This document shows, piece after piece, positions 9,826 to 20,656 of a stretch of DNA of 64,000 bases. Under the pieces are notes generated by a model, which searched no databases, was not told where the DNA came from, and worked only from the letters and a program-made list of their open reading frames with translations. Numbering within the stretch: the first letter of the stretch is position 1; each line of letters begins with the position of its first letter. Where the stretch lies: IMG/VR virus record IMGVR_UViG_3300025682_000004; one strand, 5' to 3'. The position numbers and the translations under genes were made by a program. Source of the stretch: a virus. Taxonomy: Duplodnaviria > Heunggongvirae > Uroviricota > Caudoviricetes.

Positions 9826-10433
9826 TTAATAATTCCCAACTTTTTTAATCCAGCAAAACCAACAGCATAACTATCAGACATATCAAAACAAATATCTTTT
9901 GGTTCATTGCCGTTTTTTTTATAAAACCATTCAATTTCGGGTTCTAATTTACATACTTTTTCCCAGATATACAACTTTTTTTTCTTTTGATATTCTGGTG
10001 GAAATGATAAAGTTTCAACTAATTTATTTTTTATTTTTTTTGTATGAACCAATTCTGTACAAAAAAGTTTTCTTGATTCATAAACACTAATTTTCATTGG
10101 AAATTTTTGAAAAATATTATATAATATGTATCTACAAATACCATTAAACCCAAATAACAATGCTACCGTATTTGCATTATTGCTTCCACCTAATGGTTCT
10201 TCAACAATAATATGTTCTATTTTTCCATTTAATTTCTTTTCAATTTTTTCTTTATATTCTAAAGCATATTTCTTAAAAATATCCGCTTTATGTAAATCTC
10301 TATTATCAACTTGAATATTTTTATCAATTTTTAATTCAAGGTGTTTTAATTCAATTAATTTACCCTTATCATTCCATAATGCACTACCAATATTTGTTGT
10401 GCTTATATCTAAAGACCATATGTATTTTTCCAT
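9822..10433 (-). CDS. RuvC-like Holliday junction resolvase
   Basis: RNase H-fold acidic motifs: SLDISTTNIG, IIVEEP, DMSDSYAVG. Confidence 0.8.
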   Translation of the reverse strand: MEKYIWSLDISTTNIGSALWNDKGKLIELKHLELKIDKNIQVDNRDLHKADIFKKYALEYKEKIEKKLNGKIEHIIVEEPLGGSNNANTVALLFGFNGICRYILYNIFQKFPMKISVYESRKLFCTELVHTKKIKNKLVETLSFPPEYQKKKKLYIWEKVCKLEPEIEWFYKKNGNEPKDICFDMSDSYAVGFAGLKKLGIIK

Positions 10434-10438
10434 TAATA

Positions 10439-10621
10439 TTAAATTTCTTTATTATCATCTATTAATTTTTGTATTTCTTTCGGTCTTTTTAAATATAAAT
10501 TAATTAAATCTTCAACAATACCACCAATTTTAATAGATTTACCCATACAAAAATTTTTAAATTTTTTATGTAGTAAACCATTTATTATAATTGATTTGGG
10601 TTTTATTACATCGTTAGCCAT
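10439..10621 (-). CDS. Small ribbon-helix-helix-like DNA-binding protein
   Basis: KSIIINGLLHKKFKNFC...IGGIVEDLI has a beta-helix-helix pattern. Confidence 0.5.
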   Translation of the reverse strand: MANDVIKPKSIIINGLLHKKFKNFCMGKSIKIGGIVEDLINLYLKRPKEIQKLIDDNKEI

Positions 10622-10703
10622 TTATTATAAAATTTAATTTTAAAATTTATTTTTATAATAAATACTACGTTTTTATAAAAAAATGTAAATTTTTAGTATT
10701 TTA

Positions 10704-11408
10704 TTAAAAATCAAGTGCAAATAATATTGTTTTTGATATTGTTGAATCTTTTTGTATTGGATTATTTAGTTTACCAATAGCAACCAAATTTTTATTTTCA
10801 TCATATAAACCAACTTCACTAATATATACACTTGATGTACCATCCCAAGTTAAATTATTTGACGAATTAAATTCGTTTAATGCTAAATTAATTGACATGT
10901 CTAATACATAAACATCTGCCTTTATATCAGCAGTTACATTACCCAAAAAAAATGTTTCCTCACCAAACGATAATTTATCCGTTTCGTTTTTAGATGGATA
11001 TTTTAATTTATATAATATATCTGGATTATTAAGTGTGTATGATGGATTATTATTTTTTAATTCAACTCTAATTTTTTTATTATATAATTCATTACCAGTA
11101 AAATATTTAACAGTTCCATGTCCAGGAATTTGATTAGTTACGTTTTTATATTTCCAAACATTATTTCTTGGTTGATTTTCTTTTACTGTTTGATATATGA
11201 TATATAAATCGGTTGCACAATAACCAAAACCATTATTAAAATCATTTAAAAATATAAACTCATTTTTATCAAATTCAAACAATAATTCATATGTATAAAT
11301 ATTATCGGTTTCAACTGTTATTTTATTAATATAATTACAGTGAATTGCACTTGAATATCCATCCTTTTTATTAATCAATGCATATGTTACATAAATATCG
11401 TATTTCAT
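10704..11408 (-). CDS. Tail/baseplate structural protein (tail-collar-fibre-like C-terminus)
   Basis: C-terminal YISEVGLYDENKNLVAIGKLNNPIQK...FALDF motif typical of phage tail-collar/baseplate proteins. Confidence 0.6.
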   Translation of the reverse strand: MKYDIYVTYALINKKDGYSSAIHCNYINKITVETDNIYTYELLFEFDKNEFIFLNDFNNGFGYCATDLYIIYQTVKENQPRNNVWKYKNVTNQIPGHGTVKYFTGNELYNKKIRVELKNNNPSYTLNNPDILYKLKYPSKNETDKLSFGEETFFLGNVTADIKADVYVLDMSINLALNEFNSSNNLTWDGTSSVYISEVGLYDENKNLVAIGKLNNPIQKDSTISKTILFALDF

Positions 11409-11424
11409 ATTATAATATTATATT

Positions 11425-12705
11425 TTAACTAATTTTAAAATTAGGTAAAGTCCAAGACCTATTTGATTTATAAGATAATGCAAATAATAATTCTTGGTCT
11501 TCAATAACAAATATCTTTAAATCGGGAAATACTTTACCCACAACATTATCCCAATTATCACACAAATCATAATAATTAATATTTAAAGATTTAGTATCAC
11601 CAGTTAATAATTTTAATCCATTTTTTGGTGTTAATGTTAATCCTAATTTTGGTGTTATATTTTTATGCCACATTATTGTTGGTATTTCCAATTTAACATT
11701 ATCTAATAAAAATCCCTCACCATATACATTTGCGGGTGAATTATTGGTATAATGTATAACACCTAATTTTTTATATGTTGGATTTTGATTTTGAATATAA
11801 GATACAAAACCACCCATTGATTTGTTTTTAAATTTCGTATATTTTAAATTATTAGTCGAAATTCCAATAATTTCTTCGGTAAAAATTATTGACATATTCC
11901 AAAACGGAAAAACAATTGTTGGACATTGACAATTTTCTAAAAAATTAATTACACTATTATCAACATAATCAGTTTGCGACATATTAAAAACAGAACTACC
12001 ACTATATGTTAATTTGTTAGGAAACACAATTACTTGATTAGTTTTTCCTGTTATAATACTTGAACTATAACCACTAAAAATTGGTAAATCCCTATCAACT
12101 TTAACAAAAATATAATCATTATTATTTTCAAAAATTTCTTCAATTTTGTAAATTAATATTGGATTTGGTGTGTTTTTATTTATATTATCTGCTGTTGTTG
12201 TATTTACTGACCACATTATTAATATATAATCATCAACCAACAATTCATCATATAATATACCATCATTTCCTTTATATAAATTTAATGAACTACCACCATT
12301 TATTTCAGATGGTTTTACAAACAAATCACTTCTTTTTATATGATTACTATCTATAATAAATCCAGTGCAACCACTATTAAAAAAACCAATAGAATCAATT
12401 GAATTTTCTACAGTATAATTTGTTATTGGAATTGATTGTATTTCATTATAACTATCACCATTAAAATTACGTGGTATTGATGATATTATATTTGGGTTTT
12501 TATCAAATGCATTTAATATAACAGAATCAAATCCACTATAATCTGAAGAATCTTTATTTATTTCATTAATTAACCTATAATCAATTTCACTATCACCAAC
12601 AACAAAATATTTATAATTTAATTTACCTTGTGAAAGTAATTCCCTACCCTTAGACGTTAATTTTATATTAATTACTGTTGGGTCATTTTTATCAATAAAT
12701 CCCAT
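11425..12705 (-). CDS. Tail/baseplate structural protein (N-terminal partner of 10704-11408)
   Basis: N-terminal INIKLTSKGRELLSQG...YFVVGDSEIDY motif typical of tail-collar-type proteins; GTATTTAT motif upstream (12725-12732). Confidence 0.55.
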   Translation of the reverse strand: MGFIDKNDPTVINIKLTSKGRELLSQGKLNYKYFVVGDSEIDYRLINEINKDSSDYSGFDSVILNAFDKNPNIISSIPRNFNGDSYNEIQSIPITNYTVENSIDSIGFFNSGCTGFIIDSNHIKRSDLFVKPSEINGGSSLNLYKGNDGILYDELLVDDYILIMWSVNTTTADNINKNTPNPILIYKIEEIFENNNDYIFVKVDRDLPIFSGYSSSIITGKTNQVIVFPNKLTYSGSSVFNMSQTDYVDNSVINFLENCQCPTIVFPFWNMSIIFTEEIIGISTNNLKYTKFKNKSMGGFVSYIQNQNPTYKKLGVIHYTNNSPANVYGEGFLLDNVKLEIPTIMWHKNITPKLGLTLTPKNGLKLLTGDTKSLNINYYDLCDNWDNVVGKVFPDLKIFVIEDQELLFALSYKSNRSWTLPNFKIS

Positions 12706-12758
12706 ATTATTTATTTGTTTTAATATAAATACATTAATTATTAAATTTTAAAAAAATA

Positions 12759-13811
12759 TTAAAAACTACTACCACCAGAAAGATTTGCTCTAATTGAAAA
12801 CTTATTTTTCCCAACTATTCTTATTGGAATTTCTGTGCTTCCAATATAACCTATAACTGATGTTAGTTCAATATATCCATTTGTATTTCTAAATGAAACA
12901 CCCTCATCTTCATCATCAAAATTATAATTAAAATTAATAAAAACATCTTCTAAACTTTTTATAGTAACACTACCTTCTTTTGGATTTGGTATTGTTTCGG
13001 CAAAACTATTATATTGTGTATTTCTAATTGCAGTATAAACCGAATCCTCAAAAATTTCATCGTTTTCTTCTTCATTATTATAATCAAAAATTTTAAGTTT
13101 AGTTTCATTATCAAAAGTATTACCAGGAATTTTACTATTTTCACAACTAACCTCTAAATGATAGTTAAAATTGATTAAAAAACTATTAAAAACATTATAA
13201 TCACCAAGACTACCAACATAACTAATTTGAACACTTGACCTATAATTATCAATCTCTCTTGCATTTATTAGTTTAATGCCGATATTGTTTGTTGTTTTAA
13301 CTGTTTTAATTTCCCCATATCCAAAACCAAAAGGATTTTTTGCATATGCTCTATAGAATACGTTCGTATTAGGTATTAATTTTTCAATATATAAATCAAA
13401 TAAAAACGGAATAGTATTAACAGATACATTATGTTTTGATATTACAATATCTTTTTTGGTTTGATAAAATAATTCATTTTCATTTCCTAATGTTGGGTTT
13501 TGGGTATATATTAATCCATGTTCAAAAACTAATGATGGGTCAAATCCACCGCTATTTGTTATTGTGTTTCCACTAATATCAACCGACATATCCCCAACAT
13601 TTTTTGCTTCACCAGTTAAAATAGTAGGTATTTGATAAATTATTCGTTTTGTTAGTCCACTATATATATTATCACCACGATATTCAACACCATCAATTAT
13701 AAAAAATGACCTATATCTATAAAAACTATTTGGTGTTAAACCCGTAATGCTATATGAATATTTATTTTCGCTTAACGGTCCTGTCTTTAATGTTGTTCCA
13801 CTCCATGCCAT
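12759..13811 (-). CDS. Fibronectin type III-like virion protein
   Basis: FN3-like strands ITGLTPNSFYRYRSF and LIPNTNVFYRAYAKNPFGFGYG. Confidence 0.65.
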   Translation of the reverse strand: MAWSGTTLKTGPLSENKYSYSITGLTPNSFYRYRSFFIIDGVEYRGDNIYSGLTKRIIYQIPTILTGEAKNVGDMSVDISGNTITNSGGFDPSLVFEHGLIYTQNPTLGNENELFYQTKKDIVISKHNVSVNTIPFLFDLYIEKLIPNTNVFYRAYAKNPFGFGYGEIKTVKTTNNIGIKLINAREIDNYRSSVQISYVGSLGDYNVFNSFLINFNYHLEVSCENSKIPGNTFDNETKLKIFDYNNEEENDEIFEDSVYTAIRNTQYNSFAETIPNPKEGSVTIKSLEDVFINFNYNFDDEDEGVSFRNTNGYIELTSVIGYIGSTEIPIRIVGKNKFSIRANLSGGSSF

Positions 13812-13826
13812 GATTAATTATTTTAT

Positions 13827-14999
13827 TTAATATACCGAACAAACTATTGATTCTAATGTTTTATCATTACCTAATACATATCCACTACCACAAAGGGATT
13901 TGATTGTAATTTTTGAAATTCCAGATTCTCTTTCTTTACATTCACTTATTGCATGTGTCATAAAACTATAACAATCACCATATCTAACTACTATTGGTGG
14001 AATAGTATAATTACAAGAAATTTTACAACCAAATTTATCACATATGGTTTTTTGATAATAAGTACATCCATTACAATAAACAAAAATTTGTGGACCTAAT
14101 GAACCTAAATATATACTATCTCTAAACATACAATAATTTAACACAAAACAAAATTCATCATCGGGATTTTGAACTGGTGTTAAATAACCATATTTAGTTA
14201 CTCCAATATAAGGACTACAACAATTATCTGGATATCCTACGCTTGGAATAAAATAAGTAGTAATTCCTGTTATATTAATTTCAACTGGTGGTATATATTT
14301 TTCTTGATATATTTTTATTGTTTTCGAATCACCAATTGTTGGCGTATATATAAGGCAACCAACACATTGATTATTTGGATTTATATTTTCTTCAATTATT
14401 ATTTTTTGATTAATTCCTGTTGGACTAGGATATGTTGGTTCATCCGCAATAACCCAAGGTGTAATAATATTTTCACAACATATTTCATATGTATTTGTAT
14501 ATTCACCATAAATACAAAGATTAATACAACCACCAATTGATGGAATATGTATATAACCATCAGAACATACCGAATAATTAATAGGTTCAACAGTAAAATT
14601 AATATCATTTGAACAAATATATTCGTATTCCATACCATAAAGGTCAATTTTATCATAACCAATAATACAACAACCACCAGCAGAAATAATTTCTGTTTGT
14701 GTGATTTCATTATGTTTTGCTGTTAAACCACAATATTCTGGAATTTCAATACAATAAATATTACCTACAGCACAACGTAATGGTTCACATACAATTGCTC
14801 TGTATTCAAACAAAGCATTTGGTGTTATTTCTATTTTTGGTATTCTATAGCAATTAGTTGTTAAACTATTATATTCTATTTCTTCATTCCAAGTATCCGA
14901 ACCCAATTTTCTATATTGAATACCATATGCAACAATATCACTATGACCAGATATGTTCATACCACCAGAATTACAAATATATGCTTTATTATCACCCAT
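13827..14999 (-). CDS. Cysteine-rich FN3-like virion protein
   Basis: YGIQYRKLGSDTW...ITPNALFEYRA FN3-like pattern; 29 Cys in 390 aa by hand count. Confidence 0.55.
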   Translation of the reverse strand: MGDNKAYICNSGGMNISGHSDIVAYGIQYRKLGSDTWNEEIEYNSLTTNCYRIPKIEITPNALFEYRAIVCEPLRCAVGNIYCIEIPEYCGLTAKHNEITQTEIISAGGCCIIGYDKIDLYGMEYEYICSNDINFTVEPINYSVCSDGYIHIPSIGGCINLCIYGEYTNTYEICCENIITPWVIADEPTYPSPTGINQKIIIEENINPNNQCVGCLIYTPTIGDSKTIKIYQEKYIPPVEINITGITTYFIPSVGYPDNCCSPYIGVTKYGYLTPVQNPDDEFCFVLNYCMFRDSIYLGSLGPQIFVYCNGCTYYQKTICDKFGCKISCNYTIPPIVVRYGDCYSFMTHAISECKERESGISKITIKSLCGSGYVLGNDKTLESIVCSVY

Positions 15000-15008
15000 A
15001 AAAAAACA

Positions 15009-18000
15009 TTATAAATTATTTAAACCAATTGGTTCTTGTGTTACCATATTTTTATTTTCACCATCATAATAATAATCATCCTCACTATTTGTTGCTTTTA
15101 TTGTTTCAACATATAATGATGGTGTTTCTAATTCTTGATTTATTTTAAACATAGCACCATCATCACCAAAATATTTTAAAAACCCATAACCTCTTTTATC
15201 AACATAATTGTTATTATTATTTATACCCCAATATAAATTAACACCTCTTTTATATGTAAATTTTTGTCTTGTAAACAAACTATTACGAACAAGCAATCCA
15301 TTCTTCTTTAGAATTATTGTTGCCGACAATATTTGGTCAATAAACCTTTGAAAAAACGCATTATATTTGTTTAAAAAGGGATGAAGATTTCTAAAGGTAT
15401 ATCCATTAGATAAAAACGGATTGTCTTGACTAAGTTTTGCTCTTTTAAGATATATTTCGTATATTTTTTGAACCGTTGGATACCACCCACCTTTTGAATT
15501 TGTTACAACCTTCCTTGTTCTAACATTTATTAATTTTCTTTGAATTAATTCTAAAAATTCAAGAAATGATAATTTACTAATATCACCTAAATCAAAACTA
15601 TCTGAAACAATTGGAGTAAATAATTCATCACCACCAACAAGATAATAAACACTAATAACCATACCAATTCTTAAAAATTTTGGTAAAAATATTTCATATG
15701 GATTCATTATGTTTACATCATAATCTTTATACGGTTCTAATGCAACACCGTCAATTAATATTTTGATTTCTTTAGCATCTTTTATTTTATAGTTAAGTTT
15801 TAATACACATTTATTAGCAGATTCATTCATATAAATTTTACTTGTATTAAAACTATGTATTTTAATTGTTTCATTTTTTAAATTAACAGTTTCACCTGTT
15901 GATGTAATATATGAATTTAAATTACCAATATTAACATTAATATATGCAATCTGTACATCGCTTTTATTTTCTAATACATAATTATAAACATCTTTATTTG
16001 TTATATAAATCTTATTCGATTCTTCATCATATGTATAATCACCCTCTATTCCAATACCTTTTTTTGTTAAAGCAATACCATTTACTGTCAATTGAACATC
16101 CCCTGATGATTTTGTTGGTAATTTGATGAATTTTTTATTTGAAAATTGTTCAATATCAATATTAATTTTAGTAACAACATAATCAACAACAATATTTATG
16201 GGATTTGTTGTTTTACCTGAATGTACAAATGTTATTTGAACAACGCCATCAAAAGAAGTAGAACCTGTTAATTCATTTATAACTAATTGATTATTATTAT
16301 TAATAAAATAATCAGAATATGTATTTACAGTAAAACCCGTTGAACCAGTATTTCCACTTTTTGGTGGGTTTAATAATATTCCATTATATCTTACTTCAAT
16401 ATCACCTTCATATGTATAATTAATTGGTAAATCAAATATACCATTAGCGTTTTCGTTTAATACAACATTAACATATGAATATGACAAAGCATATCTTGAA
16501 TTATTTGCAGGAAAATCGATATCTTTAACATATGTAAACACATCATATTCAATACCTCGTGCAGTATCTAAAGCAACATCAACTTCTTTTGTGTTAATAA
16601 TCAATCTATTATCTTCTTGATAATATTGTGGTGTTGTGTTATGAATTCTTATTGTTGAACCAGTTTGTATCCATGATTTTTTATTATCAATTGTTTGTTT
16701 TAGATTAAAACCCGCCATTCGAAAAACATCCAAATATTTTTGCCCAGAATCCAAATCACCAGAAATTTGAAAATAAAAATCATTAGTTTCAAGTGGTGCT
16801 TTTGGATACCCAAAATTATCATAGGGTAATGAATTTGTTGGAAAATCTCTTTTTGAAAATGGTACTGTATTTGGATTAATTTTTCCACCAACAGTATAAA
16901 CATATTCTGTTATATTAATAAACGGTTCTGGTATTCCAATCAATAAAAACATTGATTTTATTGATTCACGAGTTCCTTTAGATTTCCAAAAATAGTTAGT
17001 ATTATTTAAAATTCTATGCCATAATTCTAAATCAACTTCTGCTGGTAATAAATCTTTATTTAAATTTCTTTCGTTTTCATCTATCGTTAAAAAACTTTCC
17101 ATTAATTCTTTTTCATTAACCAATGAAAAATATTCCCAACCTAAAGTTTTTGCCATATTTGCAATCAATTGATTTGGAATTGAATTAATTTTATCGTATG
17201 AAATTTTATTAATATAAACTAACGAATCAATAAATTGCCTAATTTGGTCAAATTCCCAACCATATAATCTAAGCAATTTAATCATTTTTTTATTTTCGGT
17301 TAAATCATATGTTTTTAAAGAACTTGGAGTTAAAAATCTATTTATTAAATCTGTTTTTATTAAATCATATTTACTACCAATACTTAAAACAATTTCCAAA
17401 AATTTTCTATATAAGGAATTATCAATATCAATATTATAACCATCACTAGTTGACCATAATATTGATGTGTTTACATAAATTATCTCACCATTATCCAATA
17501 AAGTTGGATTTTTTAAAATAAAACTAAAACCATCGTCTTCAACACGTTCAGATAAAATATATTTTTCATATGGTTTTAATTTTGCTCTAAATTCTTCAAA
17601 TTTTAAATTATTTGGTTTTATATGAAATTCTATACTACCATCTTCATTATTATTTATAATATTTAAAGGATTTCCTTCAACAGTTATAGTGATAAAAAGT
17701 TTTGTTTTTGAGAAACCTGAAAATCCAATTACTTTATATTGTTTGTTTGATTCTGTTGTTGTTATCACATAATCATTATACGATAAATTTAAATTTTTCA
17801 ATATATTTTCATCATTTACTTCATTATTATCGGTTGAAATTATTAAATTAAATAAATTGTTAATTGAACTTATCGGAATTGAAAAAGTAGATTGGTTTAA
17901 TTCTTCATCATAGTTACCATTTTTATAAGTAGTGTTATTTTTTTTATTATTAACATATAAACTAGCAGGATATTTTAATATTATATTTTCAATTGAAACA

Positions 18001-18311
18001 CGTAAAAATTCATAAGTTGAACCAAATTTAACAAAGGTATTTAAATTAGAATTATCTAAATTAAGAACTAAATTTGTTGATATGTTATATAATAATTCGG
18101 ATTGTTCTATTGTTAAATCCATTGTTTCTAATGTAACTGGTCGAACAAAGGTTGTTAAAGTTTTTGAATAATCAATAACTTTTCTATCCTCAAAATTTGA
18201 TGTTACATTAAAAGAACCAAATGAAAATACTGTATTGGATGGAGTATCAGTAAAATTACCACCAGTTAAATTAGAACTTAAATTACGATTAACTACTTTT
18301 ACTTTTGCCAC
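15009..18311 (-). CDS. Large baseplate/tail structural protein; start reassigned to GTG at 18311
   Basis: Contains a wedge-like LAKTLGW...YFWKSKGTRESI motif. The track's extra N-terminus overlaps a terminator (18347-18372) and a GTATTTAT motif (18328-18335), which favours the GTG start. Confidence 0.65.
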   Translation of the reverse strand: MAKVKVVNRNLSSNLTGGNFTDTPSNTVFSFGSFNVTSNFEDRKVIDYSKTLTTFVRPVTLETMDLTIEQSELLYNISTNLVLNLDNSNLNTFVKFGSTYEFLRVSIENIILKYPASLYVNNKKNNTTYKNGNYDEELNQSTFSIPISSINNLFNLIISTDNNEVNDENILKNLNLSYNDYVITTTESNKQYKVIGFSGFSKTKLFITITVEGNPLNIINNNEDGSIEFHIKPNNLKFEEFRAKLKPYEKYILSERVEDDGFSFILKNPTLLDNGEIIYVNTSILWSTSDGYNIDIDNSLYRKFLEIVLSIGSKYDLIKTDLINRFLTPSSLKTYDLTENKKMIKLLRLYGWEFDQIRQFIDSLVYINKISYDKINSIPNQLIANMAKTLGWEYFSLVNEKELMESFLTIDENERNLNKDLLPAEVDLELWHRILNNTNYFWKSKGTRESIKSMFLLIGIPEPFINITEYVYTVGGKINPNTVPFSKRDFPTNSLPYDNFGYPKAPLETNDFYFQISGDLDSGQKYLDVFRMAGFNLKQTIDNKKSWIQTGSTIRIHNTTPQYYQEDNRLIINTKEVDVALDTARGIEYDVFTYVKDIDFPANNSRYALSYSYVNVVLNENANGIFDLPINYTYEGDIEVRYNGILLNPPKSGNTGSTGFTVNTYSDYFINNNNQLVINELTGSTSFDGVVQITFVHSGKTTNPINIVVDYVVTKINIDIEQFSNKKFIKLPTKSSGDVQLTVNGIALTKKGIGIEGDYTYDEESNKIYITNKDVYNYVLENKSDVQIAYINVNIGNLNSYITSTGETVNLKNETIKIHSFNTSKIYMNESANKCVLKLNYKIKDAKEIKILIDGVALEPYKDYDVNIMNPYEIFLPKFLRIGMVISVYYLVGGDELFTPIVSDSFDLGDISKLSFLEFLELIQRKLINVRTRKVVTNSKGGWYPTVQKIYEIYLKRAKLSQDNPFLSNGYTFRNLHPFLNKYNAFFQRFIDQILSATIILKKNGLLVRNSLFTRQKFTYKRGVNLYWGINNNNNYVDKRGYGFLKYFGDDGAMFKINQELETPSLYVETIKATNSEDDYYYDGENKNMVTQEPIGLNNL

Positions 18312-18346
18312 AAATAATAATTTTATTATAAATACGATAAACAAAA

Positions 18347-18372
18347 AAATCCCAAACAATTAGTTGGGATTT
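18347..18372 (-). terminator. Intrinsic terminator
   Basis: AAATCCCAA-N8-TTGGGATTT hairpin followed by a T-run on the minus strand. Confidence 0.7.
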
Positions 18373-18397
18373 AAATATTATAATAAGAAATTAAAAA

Positions 18398-19312
18398 TTA
18401 TTGTATTTCACTAATAACATCATCAAAATTTTGACTTGCATCAATATTTGTTCTCTTTTCTTTAACTTCAAATAATGAAACATTTCCAATATCATCTTTT
18501 ATTTCAAAAATATTAAATTGTTTTGTAATCACCCTATTTTTATCATAATATGTTAAAATACCATTATCGACATCTTTAATTTGTTCACCACCAATTAAAT
18601 CGGATAAAGTATCTATTGTATTTTCAACAAGTTCAACTTCAATAACAACAGGATTAAAAAAGGTATTTGATATTATAATATCTTGATTAGGTATTCCAAT
18701 ATATGGAGAAAGATTTGGTTTAATATCTGTTGAACTACTTGGGGTTAATTGAAGAAATAACAACGAACCTGTATCATCAAATTTATATCTTGTTGCTTTT
18801 TGACTAGTATTACCAACATTTTCATTTATTGGTACAACCCTATTAGAACTAACAATATATCTAACAACATTTCTTATCTTATTATTGGTTAATGTGTTTA
18901 TATATTCAACACGATAACCTTGCATTGCATTATTTCCTCTTAATCCTTCGGGTAATTTGTTAACATCAATAATTAATCCTCTTATGCTTGGTAATGCTGA
19001 TAATGGTGCAACATCACTTATATTAACAATAAAACTTTTTGGTTTTATATAAATTGTATATATTCCCAACTGATTAAATATTGTTGCTGGTAATTTTAAA
19101 TTATATAAACCTTCTAAAATATTATTATGTTCATCATCATCATATTCCCATTCTTCTTCAGGTAAATAATTATATGATAATAAATCTGAAGAATTTAATC
19201 TAAAAATATTATTGTTTTCAGTTTCTCTATCAGGAACATAATTATAAAAAATGTCAATATCATTAATATTAACATCTGCTGGTCTTGTTATTCCATATAC
19301 ACCACAACCCAT
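18398..19312 (-). CDS. Hypothetical virion structural protein
   Basis: 304-aa beta-rich ORF within the baseplate block. Confidence 0.6.
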   Translation of the reverse strand: MGCGVYGITRPADVNINDIDIFYNYVPDRETENNNIFRLNSSDLLSYNYLPEEEWEYDDDEHNNILEGLYNLKLPATIFNQLGIYTIYIKPKSFIVNISDVAPLSALPSIRGLIIDVNKLPEGLRGNNAMQGYRVEYINTLTNNKIRNVVRYIVSSNRVVPINENVGNTSQKATRYKFDDTGSLLFLQLTPSSSTDIKPNLSPYIGIPNQDIIISNTFFNPVVIEVELVENTIDTLSDLIGGEQIKDVDNGILTYYDKNRVITKQFNIFEIKDDIGNVSLFEVKEKRTNIDASQNFDDVISEIQ

Positions 19313-19321
19313 ATTAAAAAA

Positions 19322-19765
19322 TTAATTATACTTATTATTATCAACAATATTAAAATATTTTCCACTTGCATATGTTAATAAATCTAAAAGATTATCAATA
19401 AATTGAAGTTTATGATTATCAACAAATGCTGATTTTTCTTGTCTTTCTATAAATACATCATTATATATTTTTGATTTATTTATTACATTTTTCTTATTTA
19501 AATCTTTATAATAATTTTTATCAACATAATCATTAAGATTTGTTTGGGGTATATATTCAAAATATGTTGTATTTCCTGTTAAATTATCTATATATTTTAT
19601 ACTATTAATAAAATAAACAACCGAAACACCAGATATTGAATTATTAAAATCAACACCATCATTATTTAAATTACCATTACCAAAATATTGTTCTTCAAAA
19701 ATATTAGTTAATCTATATTTTTTCAATTCATTTAATCTGCTATTTTTAGTAATACCTGTTATCAT
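19322..19765 (-). CDS. Hypothetical protein (structural block)
   Basis: 147-aa ORF, translationally coupled to its neighbours. Confidence 0.6.
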   Translation of the reverse strand: MITGITKNSRLNELKKYRLTNIFEEQYFGNGNLNNDGVDFNNSISGVSVVYFINSIKYIDNLTGNTTYFEYIPQTNLNDYVDKNYYKDLNKKNVINKSKIYNDVFIERQEKSAFVDNHKLQFIDNLLDLLTYASGKYFNIVDNNKYN

Positions 19766-20214
19766 TATAATATTGTATTGATTCTATTAAGTAATTCGTC
19801 ATAATTAAAATTTAAAAGGGTTTTTAATCTTTTTTTTATGGTGTTAACATCAACATTTTCAAAATTTTCATCATCAATATTTATTTCCAATCCTTTTTGT
19901 CTTAATTTAATGTTATTATTATATCTTAAATTTTCTTTTAAATGATTATTATAATTTAATAATAAATATGGTTCTTTTTGTTTTTCTTTCACCGTTTTTA
20001 TCATTTCATCTATATTTCTATTAAATTGAATTTTGACATCAATCGGTAACATTGAAAAAACATACATTCCATTCATATCGGTATATAATACAATATTTGA
20101 GTTTAAAAATGCGTTTGCTAATAATATACTATATACCAAAAAAATTATTTTATCAGAAATATTGTTTTCGATATTTTTTTCTGTTTTAAAAACATATAAA
20201 ATATTATAATCCAT
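19765..20214 (-). CDS. Hypothetical protein, weakly similar to the N-terminus of 20653-21600
   Basis: FLVYSILLANAFLNSNIVLYTD resembles NFYSLLLSYLTIKKLYGNVEIYSN. Confidence 0.5.
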   Translation of the reverse strand: MDYNILYVFKTEKNIENNISDKIIFLVYSILLANAFLNSNIVLYTDMNGMYVFSMLPIDVKIQFNRNIDEMIKTVKEKQKEPYLLLNYNNHLKENLRYNNNIKLRQKGLEINIDDENFENVDVNTIKKRLKTLLNFNYDELLNRINTIL

Positions 20215-20656
20215 AGTATACTAATTTTTTTAAATATTTTAAATTTTTTCTATACATTGGTTTTTTATCCAATAAATTATTTGTGAAATTATTTAATAAT
20301 TTAATTCTAGAATCAATAGTTTCTATATTAAATTCCATATTAAAACAATCAACCAATTCCATTTCTTGATTGTTTTTATTAAAAAAAACATCTAAAATTA
20401 AATTATCGTTTAAATAAAATAATGAATGTTCTTCAAATAATTTAATTTTAACATTACTAAACAACGATTTAATTTCATTGAATGTTTTTTTCTTGAAAAT
20501 GACAATATCAACATCACCAACCACTAAATTTGTGTCATAACCCAATTTATTAAAGTGATAATAATCAGCAATACCACCAGCAATAAAAAAATCGTTAATA
20601 TTAATATTATTTACCAAAAATTTTATTATTTCAATATGTTTTTCAAATATTTTCAT
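20204..20656 (-). CDS. Nucleotidyltransferase-fold protein
   Basis: FFIAGGIA...GDVDIV (GG + DxD) polymerase-beta-like signature, third Asp in LILDVFF. Confidence 0.6.
   Translation of the reverse strand: MKIFEKHIEIIKFLVNNININDFFIAGGIADYYHFNKLGYDTNLVVGDVDIVIFKKKTFNEIKSLFSNVKIKLFEEHSLFYLNDNLILDVFFNKNNQEMELVDCFNMEFNIETIDSRIKLLNNFTNNLLDKKPMYRKNLKYLKKLVYYGL

Noticed and set aside
18312-18359. Hydrophobic N-terminal extension (MFGIFLFIVFIIKLLF) as a signal peptide on the large baseplate protein
   Set aside because: It overlaps a terminator hairpin and the putative late promoter; a GTG start at 18311 is more plausible.
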